Shown one piece after another: positions 1-9,631 of a stretch of 64,000 bases of DNA (position 1 is its first letter; each line of letters begins with the position of its first letter). The DNA lies in contig JBDHJS010000004.1 of the NCBI GenBank assembly GCA_039586795.1, forward strand, positions 32,001 to 96,000, written 5' to 3'. The notes beneath the pieces were generated by a model, which was not told the origin of the DNA, did no database searches, and saw nothing but the letters and a program-made list of their open reading frames with translations. The stretch comes from Gemmatimonadota bacterium (lineage in GTDB: Bacteria; Gemmatimonadota; Gemmatimonadetes; Palauibacterales; KS3-K002). Position numbers and translations under genes: made by a program.

Positions 1-1104
1 GCGGCCGGTGGGGTCGTGCTGTTGATTCGGCTTCTGCGGCCGGAGAGTCTGGCGAAGCCCGAGGGTTTCCGGAACCTGGGTGAGTTCATGGCGGTGTTGC
101 GGGGGCCGACCTCGCCGTGGCTACCCAGCGAGTGGGCGAACGACGCCATAGTGGGAAGCCTGCAGTCAAGCTTCGATCCCTTCCCGCTGTTCCTTTTATG
201 GAGTAGCGCCCTTGCGATGATCGTGCTTGGAGCGATTGTGCACGATCGCTATTACCCTTCGGCGTTCACTCGTTCGCAGGAGGGAGCTCAGAAGCATACA
301 GCCGGGCACAGGTTTGGGCTGTCGATGCGCTTTCTGTTCCAGCGATTGGGTGTGATTCGATCGGAGTTGATGCTGAAGGACATCCGCGTGTTCTTCCGCG
401 ACACGACGCAGTGGTCGCAGCTGATTCTGCTGTCGGTGCTGGTCGTCGTTTACATCTACAACATCCGGGCGCTCCCGCTTCGCACCGACGGAGTGTCGAA
501 CCTGTTTGCGAACGTCGTGTCGTTCGTGAACATAGGGTTGGCCGGGTTCGTCCTTTCGGCGATCGCCGCGCGCTTCGTTCTTCCAGGTGTCAGTTTGGAA
601 GGTCCAACGCTGTGGTTGTTGCGTTCGAGCCCGCTACGCGCACGCGATCTATTGTGGAGCAAGTACTGGGTGGGCACGGCGCCGTTGCTCGTCATGGCGT
701 TCGTGCTGACGCTGGGCACCAACCTGTTGCTCAAGGTGGGGCCAGCGATGATGGCGCTGTCGCTGGTAACGACAGCAGCGATCACGTTCGCGCTGTCCGC
801 GTTGGCCCTGGCGTTCGGAACGATGTTTCCGCAGTTCGAGACTGAGAACATGGCTCAGATTCCTACCAGCGTCGGTGGGCTGCTGTTCATGATGTCGGCT
901 ATCGCATTGGTCGGCGTGGTGCTGGTGCTGGAGTCCTGGCCGGTGCTGACGATCGTCCGTCACCGTTTTACCGGCGCACCCTTGGCGAACGAGGCTCTGG
1001 TCATGCTGGTTGGCGGTGGGCTGGCCGCGTTGCTGATCTGCGTGCTGGCAACGGTCATCCCGCTGCGGATCGCGCTCAGGCGTATCGAGGCCTTCGAAGT
1101 CTGA
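1..1104 (+). CDS. Putative ABC-2 type exporter permease subunit (5'-truncated by window edge)
   Basis: Frame is open from base 1. Many hydrophobic helices; KDIRVFFRDTTQWSQ and SLEG..LWLLRSSP segments are typical of putative ABC exporter permeases. Confidence 0.7.
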   Translation, partial: AAGGVVLLIRLLRPESLAKPEGFRNLGEFMAVLRGPTSPWLPSEWANDAIVGSLQSSFDPFPLFLLWSSALAMIVLGAIVHDRYYPSAFTRSQEGAQKHTAGHRFGLSMRFLFQRLGVIRSELMLKDIRVFFRDTTQWSQLILLSVLVVVYIYNIRALPLRTDGVSNLFANVVSFVNIGLAGFVLSAIAARFVLPGVSLEGPTLWLLRSSPLRARDLLWSKYWVGTAPLLVMAFVLTLGTNLLLKVGPAMMALSLVTTAAITFALSALALAFGTMFPQFETENMAQIPTSVGGLLFMMSAIALVGVVLVLESWPVLTIVRHRFTGAPLANEALVMLVGGGLAALLICVLATVIPLRIALRRIEAFEV

Positions 1105-1110
1105 CCTCGC

Positions 1111-2073
1111 TCAGGTTTCCCCGCGTTCGAGCAGTCCCTCGACGTTGAGACGTTCCCCAGAAAACTCGATCCAGCCACGCACGCGGTAGAGTGCGTTGTA
1201 CGGCTTCGGTCCCTCTTCCGTCGTGAACTCGTTGAACAGGCGCTCAGCAGCGGTCAACTCGCAGCGGATTTCGGGCTCCGGGATTCGGAACCAGATACGG
1301 ATCGGCACGTTGCGTCTCAGCTGCGCCGAGTTCGCGACCTCCACAGTTCGCGTTTCTAGTACGGTCCAGCGGCGCGTAAGACCCTCGGCGTACATCCAGG
1401 CGAACGGATCGCCGTAGACACCGGGGTCGCTCGTGTGGAACAGGACGATGAGCGCGCCATCCTCAGAACGCAGGATCACCCGTGTGTAGTCGCCGTACAC
1501 AGCGGGTAGCTCGGGATCGGGCAGGGCGAAGCGGTGCCCCACGGCAATCCCGGCCAGCCGCGTGCCGCGCTCCTCGAACGTTGCCTCCCTGATCTCGTGC
1601 CAGGTTCCCATACGGTCTTCCCAGGCGTCGAGGTGCCGGCCCAGATCCAACCTGTACTCGGATGAGCCCGACTGGAGGATCAGATCGTCGGGGTCCCCAT
1701 CCGCGTTCACCGTAAGTCTCATGGAGTCGGTGGGGAACAGGCGCCACGGAGCACGGATCGGCCCGTCATCCGTCTCGACGTCGAGGATTCGACGCCAGGT
1801 GGAACGATCCAAGCGCCAGGCCTGGTAACGACGCCCGAGCGAGTTCGCCGTGGCCCGGTTGGCGAACTGCATGATCACCGCGCGGGTACGTGTCGGCTCG
1901 AAGACGAGTAATTGCAGGCTCGTCGTGTACTCCGTTGCAGAGACGTTCGGTGATACGGAGAGATCGTCGAGGACGTTTTCTCTATCGCTGGCGGGTGCTT
2001 CACCGCTTCTGTCGGAGCCGCAGGAAGTCAGGCAGATCACCGCGGCGGTAAGCAGATACGTCGGTCTTTTCAT
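1111..2073 (-). CDS. Hypothetical lipoprotein, beta-rich
   Basis: ATG at 2073 gives MKRPTYLLTAAVICLTSC (signal peptide plus lipobox LTSC). The longer ORF-track start runs through a repeat array and is unlikely. Confidence 0.65.
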   Translation of the reverse strand: MKRPTYLLTAAVICLTSCGSDRSGEAPASDRENVLDDLSVSPNVSATEYTTSLQLLVFEPTRTRAVIMQFANRATANSLGRRYQAWRLDRSTWRRILDVETDDGPIRAPWRLFPTDSMRLTVNADGDPDDLILQSGSSEYRLDLGRHLDAWEDRMGTWHEIREATFEERGTRLAGIAVGHRFALPDPELPAVYGDYTRVILRSEDGALIVLFHTSDPGVYGDPFAWMYAEGLTRRWTVLETRTVEVANSAQLRRNVPIRIWFRIPEPEIRCELTAAERLFNEFTTEEGPKPYNALYRVRGWIEFSGERLNVEGLLERGET

Positions 2074-2093
2074 GCGGGGAAAGCTAGCTGGGA

Positions 2094-2136
2094 TGACGGT
2101 CAGGCGGTAGACGGTCGGCGGTGGACGGTAGACGGT
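2094..2136. repeat. Tandem heptamer array, unit about RCGGTNR, about 6 copies
   Basis: tgacggt caggcggt agacggt cggcggt ggacggt agacggt in the divergent intergenic region. Confidence 0.8.
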
Positions 2137-2209
2137 GAGCGCTGGCGGGTCTATTTTGGGCGACGTTTGGTCCTGACCTCCAACGTCAATCACGGGCAGG
2201 AGTGATGAG

Positions 2210-3517
2210 TTGAGCGCTGACCGCGTACCACTCTACAAGTTGATCTTCGCCAAGATCCGGGCCATCAAGCTCCACACGCAGATACTGATCGGTCTTGTTC
2301 TCGGTGCCATCCTCGGCCCGCTGATGGGCGATTTTGCCGTCCAGATCAAGCCGATCGGCGATGCGTTCATCAACCTGCTGGTCATGATCGTCGTGCCGCT
2401 GGTCATGGCGTCGTTGATCGTGGGGACCGCGAGCCTGGGCGACCTGCGCAAGCTCGGGCGCATTGGGGTGAAGACGGTCGGCTTCTATCTGGTCGCTACG
2501 GCGCTGGCCGTGGCGCTGGGTTTGGTGGCGGCGCAGACGTTACATCCAGGTGCGGGGCTCGATGAGGACGTCAAGGCTCGAATGCTGAGCGACTACGCCG
2601 GCGTGACGGCAGAGCAACTGGAGAGCCTCTCGGAGAAACCGTCGATCGGCGACCTGCTGGTCAGGATCATCCCGAGGAACCCTTTCCGGGCGATGGTCGA
2701 GACCAATTTTCTGCAGATCATTTTCTTCTCTATCCTCTTCGGGATATCACTAACGGTGTTGCCTGAAGGGAGGCGAAAACCGGTCCTCGATGTGCTGAAC
2801 GGAATCAACGACGCGATGATCGTGCTCGTGAAGCTCGTGATGAAGGTCGCGCCGCTGGGGGTATTCGCGTTGATCGCTGCCGTCGCCGCGCAGTTCGGTT
2901 ATGGCGTGCTGCTCACTTTGCTGAGATATGTGCTGATTACCATCGGGGCGATGGCTGTGTTCACGGTGACGTTTTACCCCGTGGCGCTTCGGATCTCCGG
3001 GATGCCGCCGACGTATTTCCTCAAGAGGTTCTATGAGGTGTTCGTCTTCGCATTCTCCACATCCTCGAGCAACGCGACGCTGCCGTTGAACCTCCAGGTC
3101 TCGGAGGAGGATCTCGGCGTTTCGAACCAGGTTGCATCGTTCGTTCTGCCTCTCGGTGCCACTATCAATATGAACGGGACGGCGATCTACCAGGGCGTGA
3201 GCACCGTGTTCATCGCCGAGGTATTTGGTATTTCGCTCGGTCCGGTGGATCTCTTGACGATCGTGCTTACGGCCACGCTGGCCTCCATCGGTGCCGCTGG
3301 TGTTCCCGGCATCGGCATGGTCACGTTGACGATCGTTCTCAATCAACTGGGAATCCCACTCGAGGGCATCGCGTTGGTGGTCGGGGTCGAGCGCATACTC
3401 GACATGACACGCACCGCGGTGAACGTCACCGGCGACACGGTCTGTGCCATTTGGGTCGCGCGAAGCGAGGGAGAGTTGGAGATTCCGGCGGAAGCTGTGG
3501 CGGAGGTGGCGACTTAG
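2210..3517 (+). CDS. Dicarboxylate/amino acid:cation symporter (DAACS, GltP/GltT-like)
   Basis: AFSTSSSNATLP, LPLGATINMNGT, ASIGAAGVPG and ERILDMTRTAVNVTGD motifs; AGGAG upstream of TTG. Confidence 0.92.
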   Translation: MSADRVPLYKLIFAKIRAIKLHTQILIGLVLGAILGPLMGDFAVQIKPIGDAFINLLVMIVVPLVMASLIVGTASLGDLRKLGRIGVKTVGFYLVATALAVALGLVAAQTLHPGAGLDEDVKARMLSDYAGVTAEQLESLSEKPSIGDLLVRIIPRNPFRAMVETNFLQIIFFSILFGISLTVLPEGRRKPVLDVLNGINDAMIVLVKLVMKVAPLGVFALIAAVAAQFGYGVLLTLLRYVLITIGAMAVFTVTFYPVALRISGMPPTYFLKRFYEVFVFAFSTSSSNATLPLNLQVSEEDLGVSNQVASFVLPLGATINMNGTAIYQGVSTVFIAEVFGISLGPVDLLTIVLTATLASIGAAGVPGIGMVTLTIVLNQLGIPLEGIALVVGVERILDMTRTAVNVTGDTVCAIWVARSEGELEIPAEAVAEVAT

Positions 3518-3529
3518 GTCGTTGGCGTG

Positions 3530-3910
3530 CTAAGTGACGCCAAGCCGCCGGTCGAGATCGCGGAAGAACCGCGATATGCGTCTGGTGTTGGCCCCCAGAT
3601 CCCCTTTCCCGACCCGGGAGTGTGACCACATATCGACCCGCGTGAGCGCATTCTGATCCAACTTCACCTTTATCCGCACATCGTCGATTAGGTGGAAGAC
3701 CGGGACGGTGGCCTCGAAGCCGATCATCCCCTTGTCCTCGTTGGCGCGTACCAGGTTCCACCGACTGTTCTCCTTGATCATGAGGATGATCTCGTCCCAA
3801 ACCGTAGCGAAGGGCACCATGTAAGTGCGCCCTAGTAAACGAGGGTCCTCGGCGTTCTCGCTGGTCTGTGCGGAGTTCTCGCTGAGTGCCTGAACGATGC
3901 GTCTCTTCAT
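3530..3910 (-). CDS. DUF1499 family protein
   Basis: IDDVRI...RVDMWSHSRVGKGDLGANTRRI C-terminal signature. Confidence 0.8.
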   Translation of the reverse strand: MKRRIVQALSENSAQTSENAEDPRLLGRTYMVPFATVWDEIILMIKENSRWNLVRANEDKGMIGFEATVPVFHLIDDVRIKVKLDQNALTRVDMWSHSRVGKGDLGANTRRISRFFRDLDRRLGVT

Positions 3911-4065
3911 CCCGTAGCCTGGTTTGAAGCTTCTGGTGGCGCCGACTGATCATGCGTGTGGCGCGGCGCTTCTGCAAGACCGTGCCCCGATCTTCCGGTC
4001 GGCTGAATATGGCTTAGTTTCTTGCACGGTTCGAAGCACAGGTCGGTTAAACGAAAGGGGACAGG

Positions 4066-5058
4066 GTGAAAGTCATTATCCCGCTTGCGGGAAAGGGCAC
4101 GCGGTTGAGGCCTCAAACGCACACGGTACCGAAGCCGCTGCTTGAGGTCGCTGGCAAGGCTGTTCTGGACTACGTGGTGGAGGATCTGATAGACCGGCTA
4201 GATGTTGAGCAGTTGATCTTCATTACCGGCCACCTGAAGGAACAGGTCGAAGCCCACGTAAAGGCGAACTACACTGTCCCCTCGGTCTTCATTGAGCAGG
4301 TCGTGCAGGATGGGACGGCAGGCGCTGTGAAACTCGCGCAACCGCACGTCGACGGGCCCGTGCTGATCGTCTTCGTTGACACGCTGTTCGATGCCGACCT
4401 GTCGGTGATCAAGGCCGATCCGACGGCCGACGGATTCATCTGGGCAAAGGAAGTGGAGGACTACCAGCGGTTCGGCGTCATTGTGGCGGACGAAAACGGC
4501 GTTATGCAGAGGATCGTGGAGAAGCCGAAGGAGCCGATCTCGCGTCTCGCAAACATCGGGCTTTACTACGTACGGAACCACGCTCTGCTTTTCGAGGGAA
4601 TAGACGATACGCTCGCCGCCGACCCCCAACAAGGCGAGTACTTTCTCACCGATGCTCTCCAGTACATGATCGACCAGGGTTCGCGCATCCAGGTTCTCGA
4701 GGTCGAAGGGTGGTATGACTGCGGGAAGCCGGAGACGCTGCTGGCAACGAGTCAGCATGTGCTGGAAAGCGGACGTGCGAGACAACCAGATGACTCGAGC
4801 GGCTCGCGCATCGTCGACCCGGTCCGAATCGAGAGCGGCGTCGAGGTGACGGACTCGGAAATCGGGCCGAACGTCTCAGTGGGCAAAGGTAGCCGCATCA
4901 TACGAAGCACACTGCGCGACTGCATCGTAGGGGAGGACGTGGTGATCGAGGACTGTGTTCTCAGCGACTCACTGGTGGGCCGGAGCGTCGAGCTTCATGG
5001 AGTTCACGGTGCCGTCATGCTGGGCGATCACTCCGTGGTGCAGGGTACCGAAGAATAG
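4066..5058 (+). CDS. Sugar-phosphate nucleotidyltransferase (long-form glucose-1-phosphate thymidylyltransferase-like)
   Basis: AGKGTRLRP..PKPL, VEKP and WYDCG motifs; C-terminal hexapeptide-like repeats. Confidence 0.88.
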   Translation: MKVIIPLAGKGTRLRPQTHTVPKPLLEVAGKAVLDYVVEDLIDRLDVEQLIFITGHLKEQVEAHVKANYTVPSVFIEQVVQDGTAGAVKLAQPHVDGPVLIVFVDTLFDADLSVIKADPTADGFIWAKEVEDYQRFGVIVADENGVMQRIVEKPKEPISRLANIGLYYVRNHALLFEGIDDTLAADPQQGEYFLTDALQYMIDQGSRIQVLEVEGWYDCGKPETLLATSQHVLESGRARQPDDSSGSRIVDPVRIESGVEVTDSEIGPNVSVGKGSRIIRSTLRDCIVGEDVVIEDCVLSDSLVGRSVELHGVHGAVMLGDHSVVQGTEE

Positions 5059-5060
5059 AG

Positions 5061-6263
5061 CTACGCTCTAAACTCTGCCACCGCGGCGAGCGTGTCGAAG
5101 AGTCTTAGGGCGCCGGCGGCGCCGTCCGAATCCACGAACCACTCCCGTTCTGTGTGCGTGTCACCAGACGCGCCGCCGCCACCGATGGCAATCGAGGGTA
5201 CGCCAAGCGCCATGGGGACATTAGCGTCGGTGGAAGCAGCAGAGAATTTGGGCGTCGAGCCGGCCTTTTTCGAAGCTTCGGTTGCGGCCTGTACAAGTGG
5301 ATGGGAGGTCGCCAGAATGCCTGCGGGGCGCTCCCCTATGATTTCGACGGTGACCGCCAGTTGGCCATCGCCGCGTGCCTCCTCGGCGGCGATCGCGGCG
5401 CGCAAGAGCTCTCTAAGGCGGGACTCGATTTGATCGATGACGTCAGCCGTTTCGGAGCGCAGGTCGAGTTCGACCCAGCTTTCGCCCGGGATGGCGTTGA
5501 TGCTCAAGCCGCCGCCCAGGCGAGCCACGGTGAGCGTGGTTCGAGGCTCTTTCGGCAGCTCCAGTCGGGTCAACCGATAGATGAACTCGCCGAGCGCGTT
5601 CGCGGGATTCGACCGGCCCCAGTCGGTCCACGAGTGGCCGCCGGCGCCGATCAGGGAGATGTGGAAACGGCGGCTGCCAAGCCCGCGGTGAATGATGCGG
5701 TTCAGCCCGCTACCGTCGACCGCGATGAAGGCGGTCGCATCGAGCAACGGACTACCATCGCGGAAGAGATGTTTCACACCGCGCAGATCCCCGCGTCCTT
5801 CTTCGCCGACGGTGAAGGCGAAGAGGATGGGGTGGCGTGGGTTTATGCCACCATGCGCGAGCGCGCGAAGGACCGAGAGCGCCACGGCGATCCCGCGCGC
5901 GTTGTCTGTGATGCCGGGGCCGACCCAGCGATCACCCTCGCGGCGGATATCGATCTTGGTGTCGGGACCGAACACGGTATCCATGTGGGTCGCGATGACG
6001 ATAGGCGATTCATGGAGCGTCGTACCTGATGGGAACACGGCTAGAAGATTACCGACGTCGTCCCACTGGGAAGTCACGTCTATGGAAGCCAGCCGGGACG
6101 CGATCGCTTCACCGCGAGTGCGTTCCTTGAACGGAGGCGATGGAACGGTTGCTAGCTCGACCTGTTCTTGCAGGATGGCGGTACCCTGGTCATCAAGCCA
6201 GGCGCGAGCGAGCTCGATTCCTGACGCAAAGCTACCGGGAGGTACATCCCGTTTTGAAGGCAT
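5061..6263 (-). CDS. M20/M25/M40 family metallo-hydrolase
   Basis: HMDTVF, GPGITDN, VGEEGRGDLRG, GGHSW, STDAN and HT motifs. Start placed at ATG 6263 to avoid overlap with the divergent gene. Confidence 0.85.
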   Translation of the reverse strand: MPSKRDVPPGSFASGIELARAWLDDQGTAILQEQVELATVPSPPFKERTRGEAIASRLASIDVTSQWDDVGNLLAVFPSGTTLHESPIVIATHMDTVFGPDTKIDIRREGDRWVGPGITDNARGIAVALSVLRALAHGGINPRHPILFAFTVGEEGRGDLRGVKHLFRDGSPLLDATAFIAVDGSGLNRIIHRGLGSRRFHISLIGAGGHSWTDWGRSNPANALGEFIYRLTRLELPKEPRTTLTVARLGGGLSINAIPGESWVELDLRSETADVIDQIESRLRELLRAAIAAEEARGDGQLAVTVEIIGERPAGILATSHPLVQAATEASKKAGSTPKFSAASTDANVPMALGVPSIAIGGGGASGDTHTEREWFVDSDGAAGALRLFDTLAAVAEFRA

Positions 6264-6270
6264 GGACCGT

Positions 6271-6299
6271 AACATTGAAAGGGCCACCGGTGCTGTCAA
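6271..6299 (-). promoter_or_regulatory. Putative sigma70 promoter, probably leaderless transcript of the M20 gene
   Basis: Minus strand reads TTGACA-N17-AATGTT-N7-ATG, with no SD. Confidence 0.5.
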
Positions 6300-6317
6300 C
6301 GCAAGGCAGAGGTCGTA

Positions 6318-7976
6318 GTGGCTGAGTTCGCGAACGAGCTTCTCAAGATCGATCACCTGTCGTTCGTGGTCATCGGCATCTTTGCCGGTCTGATCACCAA
6401 CGCTGTGGCGATCTGGATGCTGTTTCATCCACACAAACCGCTACGCGTAAGCCGACTGCGGTTGTTTCCCCAGGGCGCGATCCCCAAAGAGATCAATCGA
6501 ATCGCCAAGCGCATCGGTTTGACGGTCGGCACCCATCTGCTGCGAACCGAGGATATCGTCCAGACTCTGGGCCAGGCGGAGTTTCGCGAGCGATTCGACG
6601 CCACGTTGCGCGGGGCCCTGGAACGCTTGCTCGACAAGGAACTCGGAAACCTCAAGTCGGAGATCCCCGAACATAGACTCGGCGAGGTGACCGGAACGGT
6701 GACCGAGTTCGGCGAGCGGTTGTTGGATGGACTTTCGGAGTACCTGCGAGGCGAAAGCTTCGAGCGGCGGGTGCGGGAGCTGGTGGACCGATTGCGAAGC
6801 GAGTTCGGGGACGAACCGCTCGAGCAGGTGCTGACGCCCGCAGCTCGGGATCAGGTCGTGGCGACGCTGCACGATGTGGGTGAAGGCGTCGTGATGGGCG
6901 ATGGATTCCGCAACGCGATAGGCGAGTTCTTCCAGCGCAACCTCCACGAGTTCGTCACATCGGACGAGCCGCTGGGTCGCTTCGTGCCTACCGGCGCCAT
7001 CAATTTTGGTGAGGCGATAGTGCGCAATTACTTGCCGCTAGTCCTCGATCGCTTTGGCCAGGTGCTCGAGTCGCCGGCGGCGCAGGAACGTGTTCGCCGG
7101 GCGCTCCGCAACTTCATCGACGGTTATCTCAGCCAGCAGGGGATGTTTCAACAGATTGTCGGGCGTCTGATCATCACTGAGAGGACCCTCAGCCAGACGG
7201 TACAGGCGCTGGAACGGGGCGGCGCTGAGGAAGTGGCTGCTTTGCTGCGTGAGCCGCTGATTCAGGATCGGGCGGCCGGAGCGGTGAACGACGCGGTTGA
7301 CGACATGCTGCAGCGTCCGGTGCGCGACATCTTCGGGGATATGAGCGAAGAGGAACTTGTACGCCTCGGAAACGTGCTGGCCGAGCGCATAGTTGACTTC
7401 GCGCGACACGAAACGACGGAGCGGTTCATCGTCAACCGCGCGGACCGACTGTTACAGGCAGCCGAAGGGAAGCGGGTGGTCGACGTGCTGGAGTACCTGG
7501 GGCCCGAGGCGGCCGGTCGAGTCAGCGAGCGGCTCGCCGATTGGATCGTCGAGATCGCTCGCGGCGACCGGGTGCGTGGCTTGTTGGAGGCGGCTCTCGT
7601 CCGTCAGACGGAGTGGCTGCTAACGGTCCCAATTGGACGGCTCCGGGACTACATGCCTCCGGACGCTCTCGACAGAGCGGAACAACTGGTGTTTGATCCG
7701 CTGTGGGAGTTCTTGCAGAAGCGCGTTCCGGTGTTGGTCGCGGAGCTGCCGATCGCTGAGATGGTAGAACAGCGGATCGTCGCCTACCCAATAGCGGACT
7801 TCGAGCGGCTCATCTGGACGGTCACACGACGGGAGCTGCGCCTCATCATCTACCTCGGTGCGTTCTTGGGCGCAGTCGTGGGCTCGATCATGGTTGTCGT
7901 ACAGGCGCCGACGATTGGCCTGTCCTATTTTGGCGCCATCGTCCTCGCGTCCTACCTGTTCATCAATTTCCGCTAG
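6318..7976 (+). CDS. DUF445 family membrane-anchored helical protein
   Basis: N-terminal GLITNAVAIWMLFHP..QGAIPK and C-terminal ELRLIIYLGAFLGAVVG. Confidence 0.8.
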   Translation: MAEFANELLKIDHLSFVVIGIFAGLITNAVAIWMLFHPHKPLRVSRLRLFPQGAIPKEINRIAKRIGLTVGTHLLRTEDIVQTLGQAEFRERFDATLRGALERLLDKELGNLKSEIPEHRLGEVTGTVTEFGERLLDGLSEYLRGESFERRVRELVDRLRSEFGDEPLEQVLTPAARDQVVATLHDVGEGVVMGDGFRNAIGEFFQRNLHEFVTSDEPLGRFVPTGAINFGEAIVRNYLPLVLDRFGQVLESPAAQERVRRALRNFIDGYLSQQGMFQQIVGRLIITERTLSQTVQALERGGAEEVAALLREPLIQDRAAGAVNDAVDDMLQRPVRDIFGDMSEEELVRLGNVLAERIVDFARHETTERFIVNRADRLLQAAEGKRVVDVLEYLGPEAAGRVSERLADWIVEIARGDRVRGLLEAALVRQTEWLLTVPIGRLRDYMPPDALDRAEQLVFDPLWEFLQKRVPVLVAELPIAEMVEQRIVAYPIADFERLIWTVTRRELRLIIYLGAFLGAVVGSIMVVVQAPTIGLSYFGAIVLASYLFINFR

Positions 7977-7995
7977 CCGAAGGCCAAGAAACCAG

Positions 7996-8580
7996 GTGAT
8001 TCTCCGCCGGCGTTCGCTCCTTCTACCGTTTGGGGTGGCTGCTGTCATCGCGCTGGCGCCCCGGCCGCTGAACGCTCAGTTCATAACCTTCAGATTCGTC
8101 GCGATCGACATGCTCGGCGGGGCGGCGTGGGTGTCGGATGCGGATCTCGGTGTCGCTTTCGGGGCACGATTCGGATTCGCCGACATCTTCGGACGTGCCG
8201 CGCGTTTGGGCCTCGAGATGGATTGGTGGTCGGCGGGTCACGTTGTACCGGCGTTTGAGATGCGCGACATAATGGGCGGCATCTCCGTATGGCGGGAGCT
8301 GGGGCGCGGAGGGTTGCGACCCTACATCGGAGGGGGGGCGGGGATCCACTCGATCAGCACATCACCCACCGACAGTATCGGTGGGACTCTGCCGCCGCAG
8401 GCGCTGAGACTGCAGGGGACTCGCGTCGGGGCGAGCATCTTTGCTGGTATCACGGCCAGGCTGTCCAGCACCGGTGCGATTTGGCTGCTGCTCGAGTACC
8501 GCTACACCGCCGTCACCGACGTTCCGTTTCACGAGTTACGCGGCGGACTTCGGCTGGCCGGAGCAGATCCCTCGCGTTGA
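7996..8580 (+). CDS. Putative outer membrane beta-barrel protein
   Basis: GTG 7996 gives a signal-peptide-like N-terminus; LRPYIGGGAG and LEYRY beta-strand motifs typical of 8-stranded barrels. Confidence 0.6.
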   Translation: MILRRRSLLLPFGVAAVIALAPRPLNAQFITFRFVAIDMLGGAAWVSDADLGVAFGARFGFADIFGRAARLGLEMDWWSAGHVVPAFEMRDIMGGISVWRELGRGGLRPYIGGGAGIHSISTSPTDSIGGTLPPQALRLQGTRVGASIFAGITARLSSTGAIWLLLEYRYTAVTDVPFHELRGGLRLAGADPSR

Positions 8581-8629
8581 CGCGCACGAGTTGCTCGCGT
8601 CCCATGTCTCTCGCTATCATGAACTTGCG

Positions 8630-9598
8630 ATGCTGGTGCGGTCGCTTTCAGGTTCGGGGGGTGCAGGGCGCGAGGGCGAGCTGTCCCATCGACAGGCGGG
8701 CGATTTGCTAGTTCCGGAGAATCGCGGGGACGATCACGAATACGGCAAGGCGCCGGGTCCTTCTGACGCCGGCGAAGCTGTCGAGGCGCTGCTCGAGGAA
8801 GTCGGCGAGGAGACGCAACCGCAGCCGGCCGGATACTTTGGAGGGATTCGGGGCCGCACCGCCGTGATCAGCGGCGGGGCCAGCGGGATCGGTCGCCGTA
8901 CGGCGCTCGAGTTTGCCCGCTGCGGTGCCAACGTGGCGTTCAACTGGGTGGATATGCCGGGCCGCGACATCGCGGAAGAGGCGTCGCGGGCGGAGCTCGA
9001 GCTTCAGCAGCTGGAAGTTAAAGTGTTGGCGGCGCGGGTGGACGTTCGGGACCCTGAGGCCGTGCGGCGATTCGTCGATCGCGTACGTGACCGCCTGGGT
9101 GGAATTCACTTTCTGGTGAACGCGGCCGGAGTGCATCGTTCGGCCCCATTGTGGAGAATGACGGACGAGCAGTGGCGCGAGGTGCTAGACGTCAATCTCA
9201 CGGGCGCGTTCAACATGATTCGGGCAGTGGCGCCAACCTTCAAGTCCCAAAGGTACGGCAAGATCGTCAACATCTCTTCGGTTCACGCGTTCATCGGTAG
9301 CTTTGGTGTTGCCAACTACTCGGTGTCGAAGTCCGGACTGATCGGCCTTACAAGGTCTGCCGCAGCCGAGCTTGGTTCTGCCAACGTCAATGTCAATGGA
9401 GTTGCACCCGGGTACGTGCGCACCGATATGCTCTCCGACATTCCGAGTGAAGTGGTCGCCACTTCGGAGGAGAGCGCTGCGATCAAGCGACCCACTGAAC
9501 CCATCGACGTGGCCAACGTAGTACTGTTTCTCTGTTCCGAGATGGCGCGACAGATCACCGGTCAGGTCATCCGAATCGACGCCGGACTGCTCGCCTGA
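8630..9598 (+). CDS. SDR family NAD(P)-dependent oxidoreductase (FabG-like); start uncertain
   Basis: SGGASGIG, VNAAG, NYSVSK (YxxxK), VAPG and ITGQVIRIDAG motifs. Confidence 0.85.
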   Translation: MLVRSLSGSGGAGREGELSHRQAGDLLVPENRGDDHEYGKAPGPSDAGEAVEALLEEVGEETQPQPAGYFGGIRGRTAVISGGASGIGRRTALEFARCGANVAFNWVDMPGRDIAEEASRAELELQQLEVKVLAARVDVRDPEAVRRFVDRVRDRLGGIHFLVNAAGVHRSAPLWRMTDEQWREVLDVNLTGAFNMIRAVAPTFKSQRYGKIVNISSVHAFIGSFGVANYSVSKSGLIGLTRSAAAELGSANVNVNGVAPGYVRTDMLSDIPSEVVATSEESAAIKRPTEPIDVANVVLFLCSEMARQITGQVIRIDAGLLA

Positions 9599-9631
9599 TC
9601 CCAGGGCTTGAAGCGTGAGGGGAGGTTGGAG

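Noticed and set aside
5154..6029. 291-aa plus-strand ORF
   Set aside because: Antisense shadow of the M20 hydrolase.
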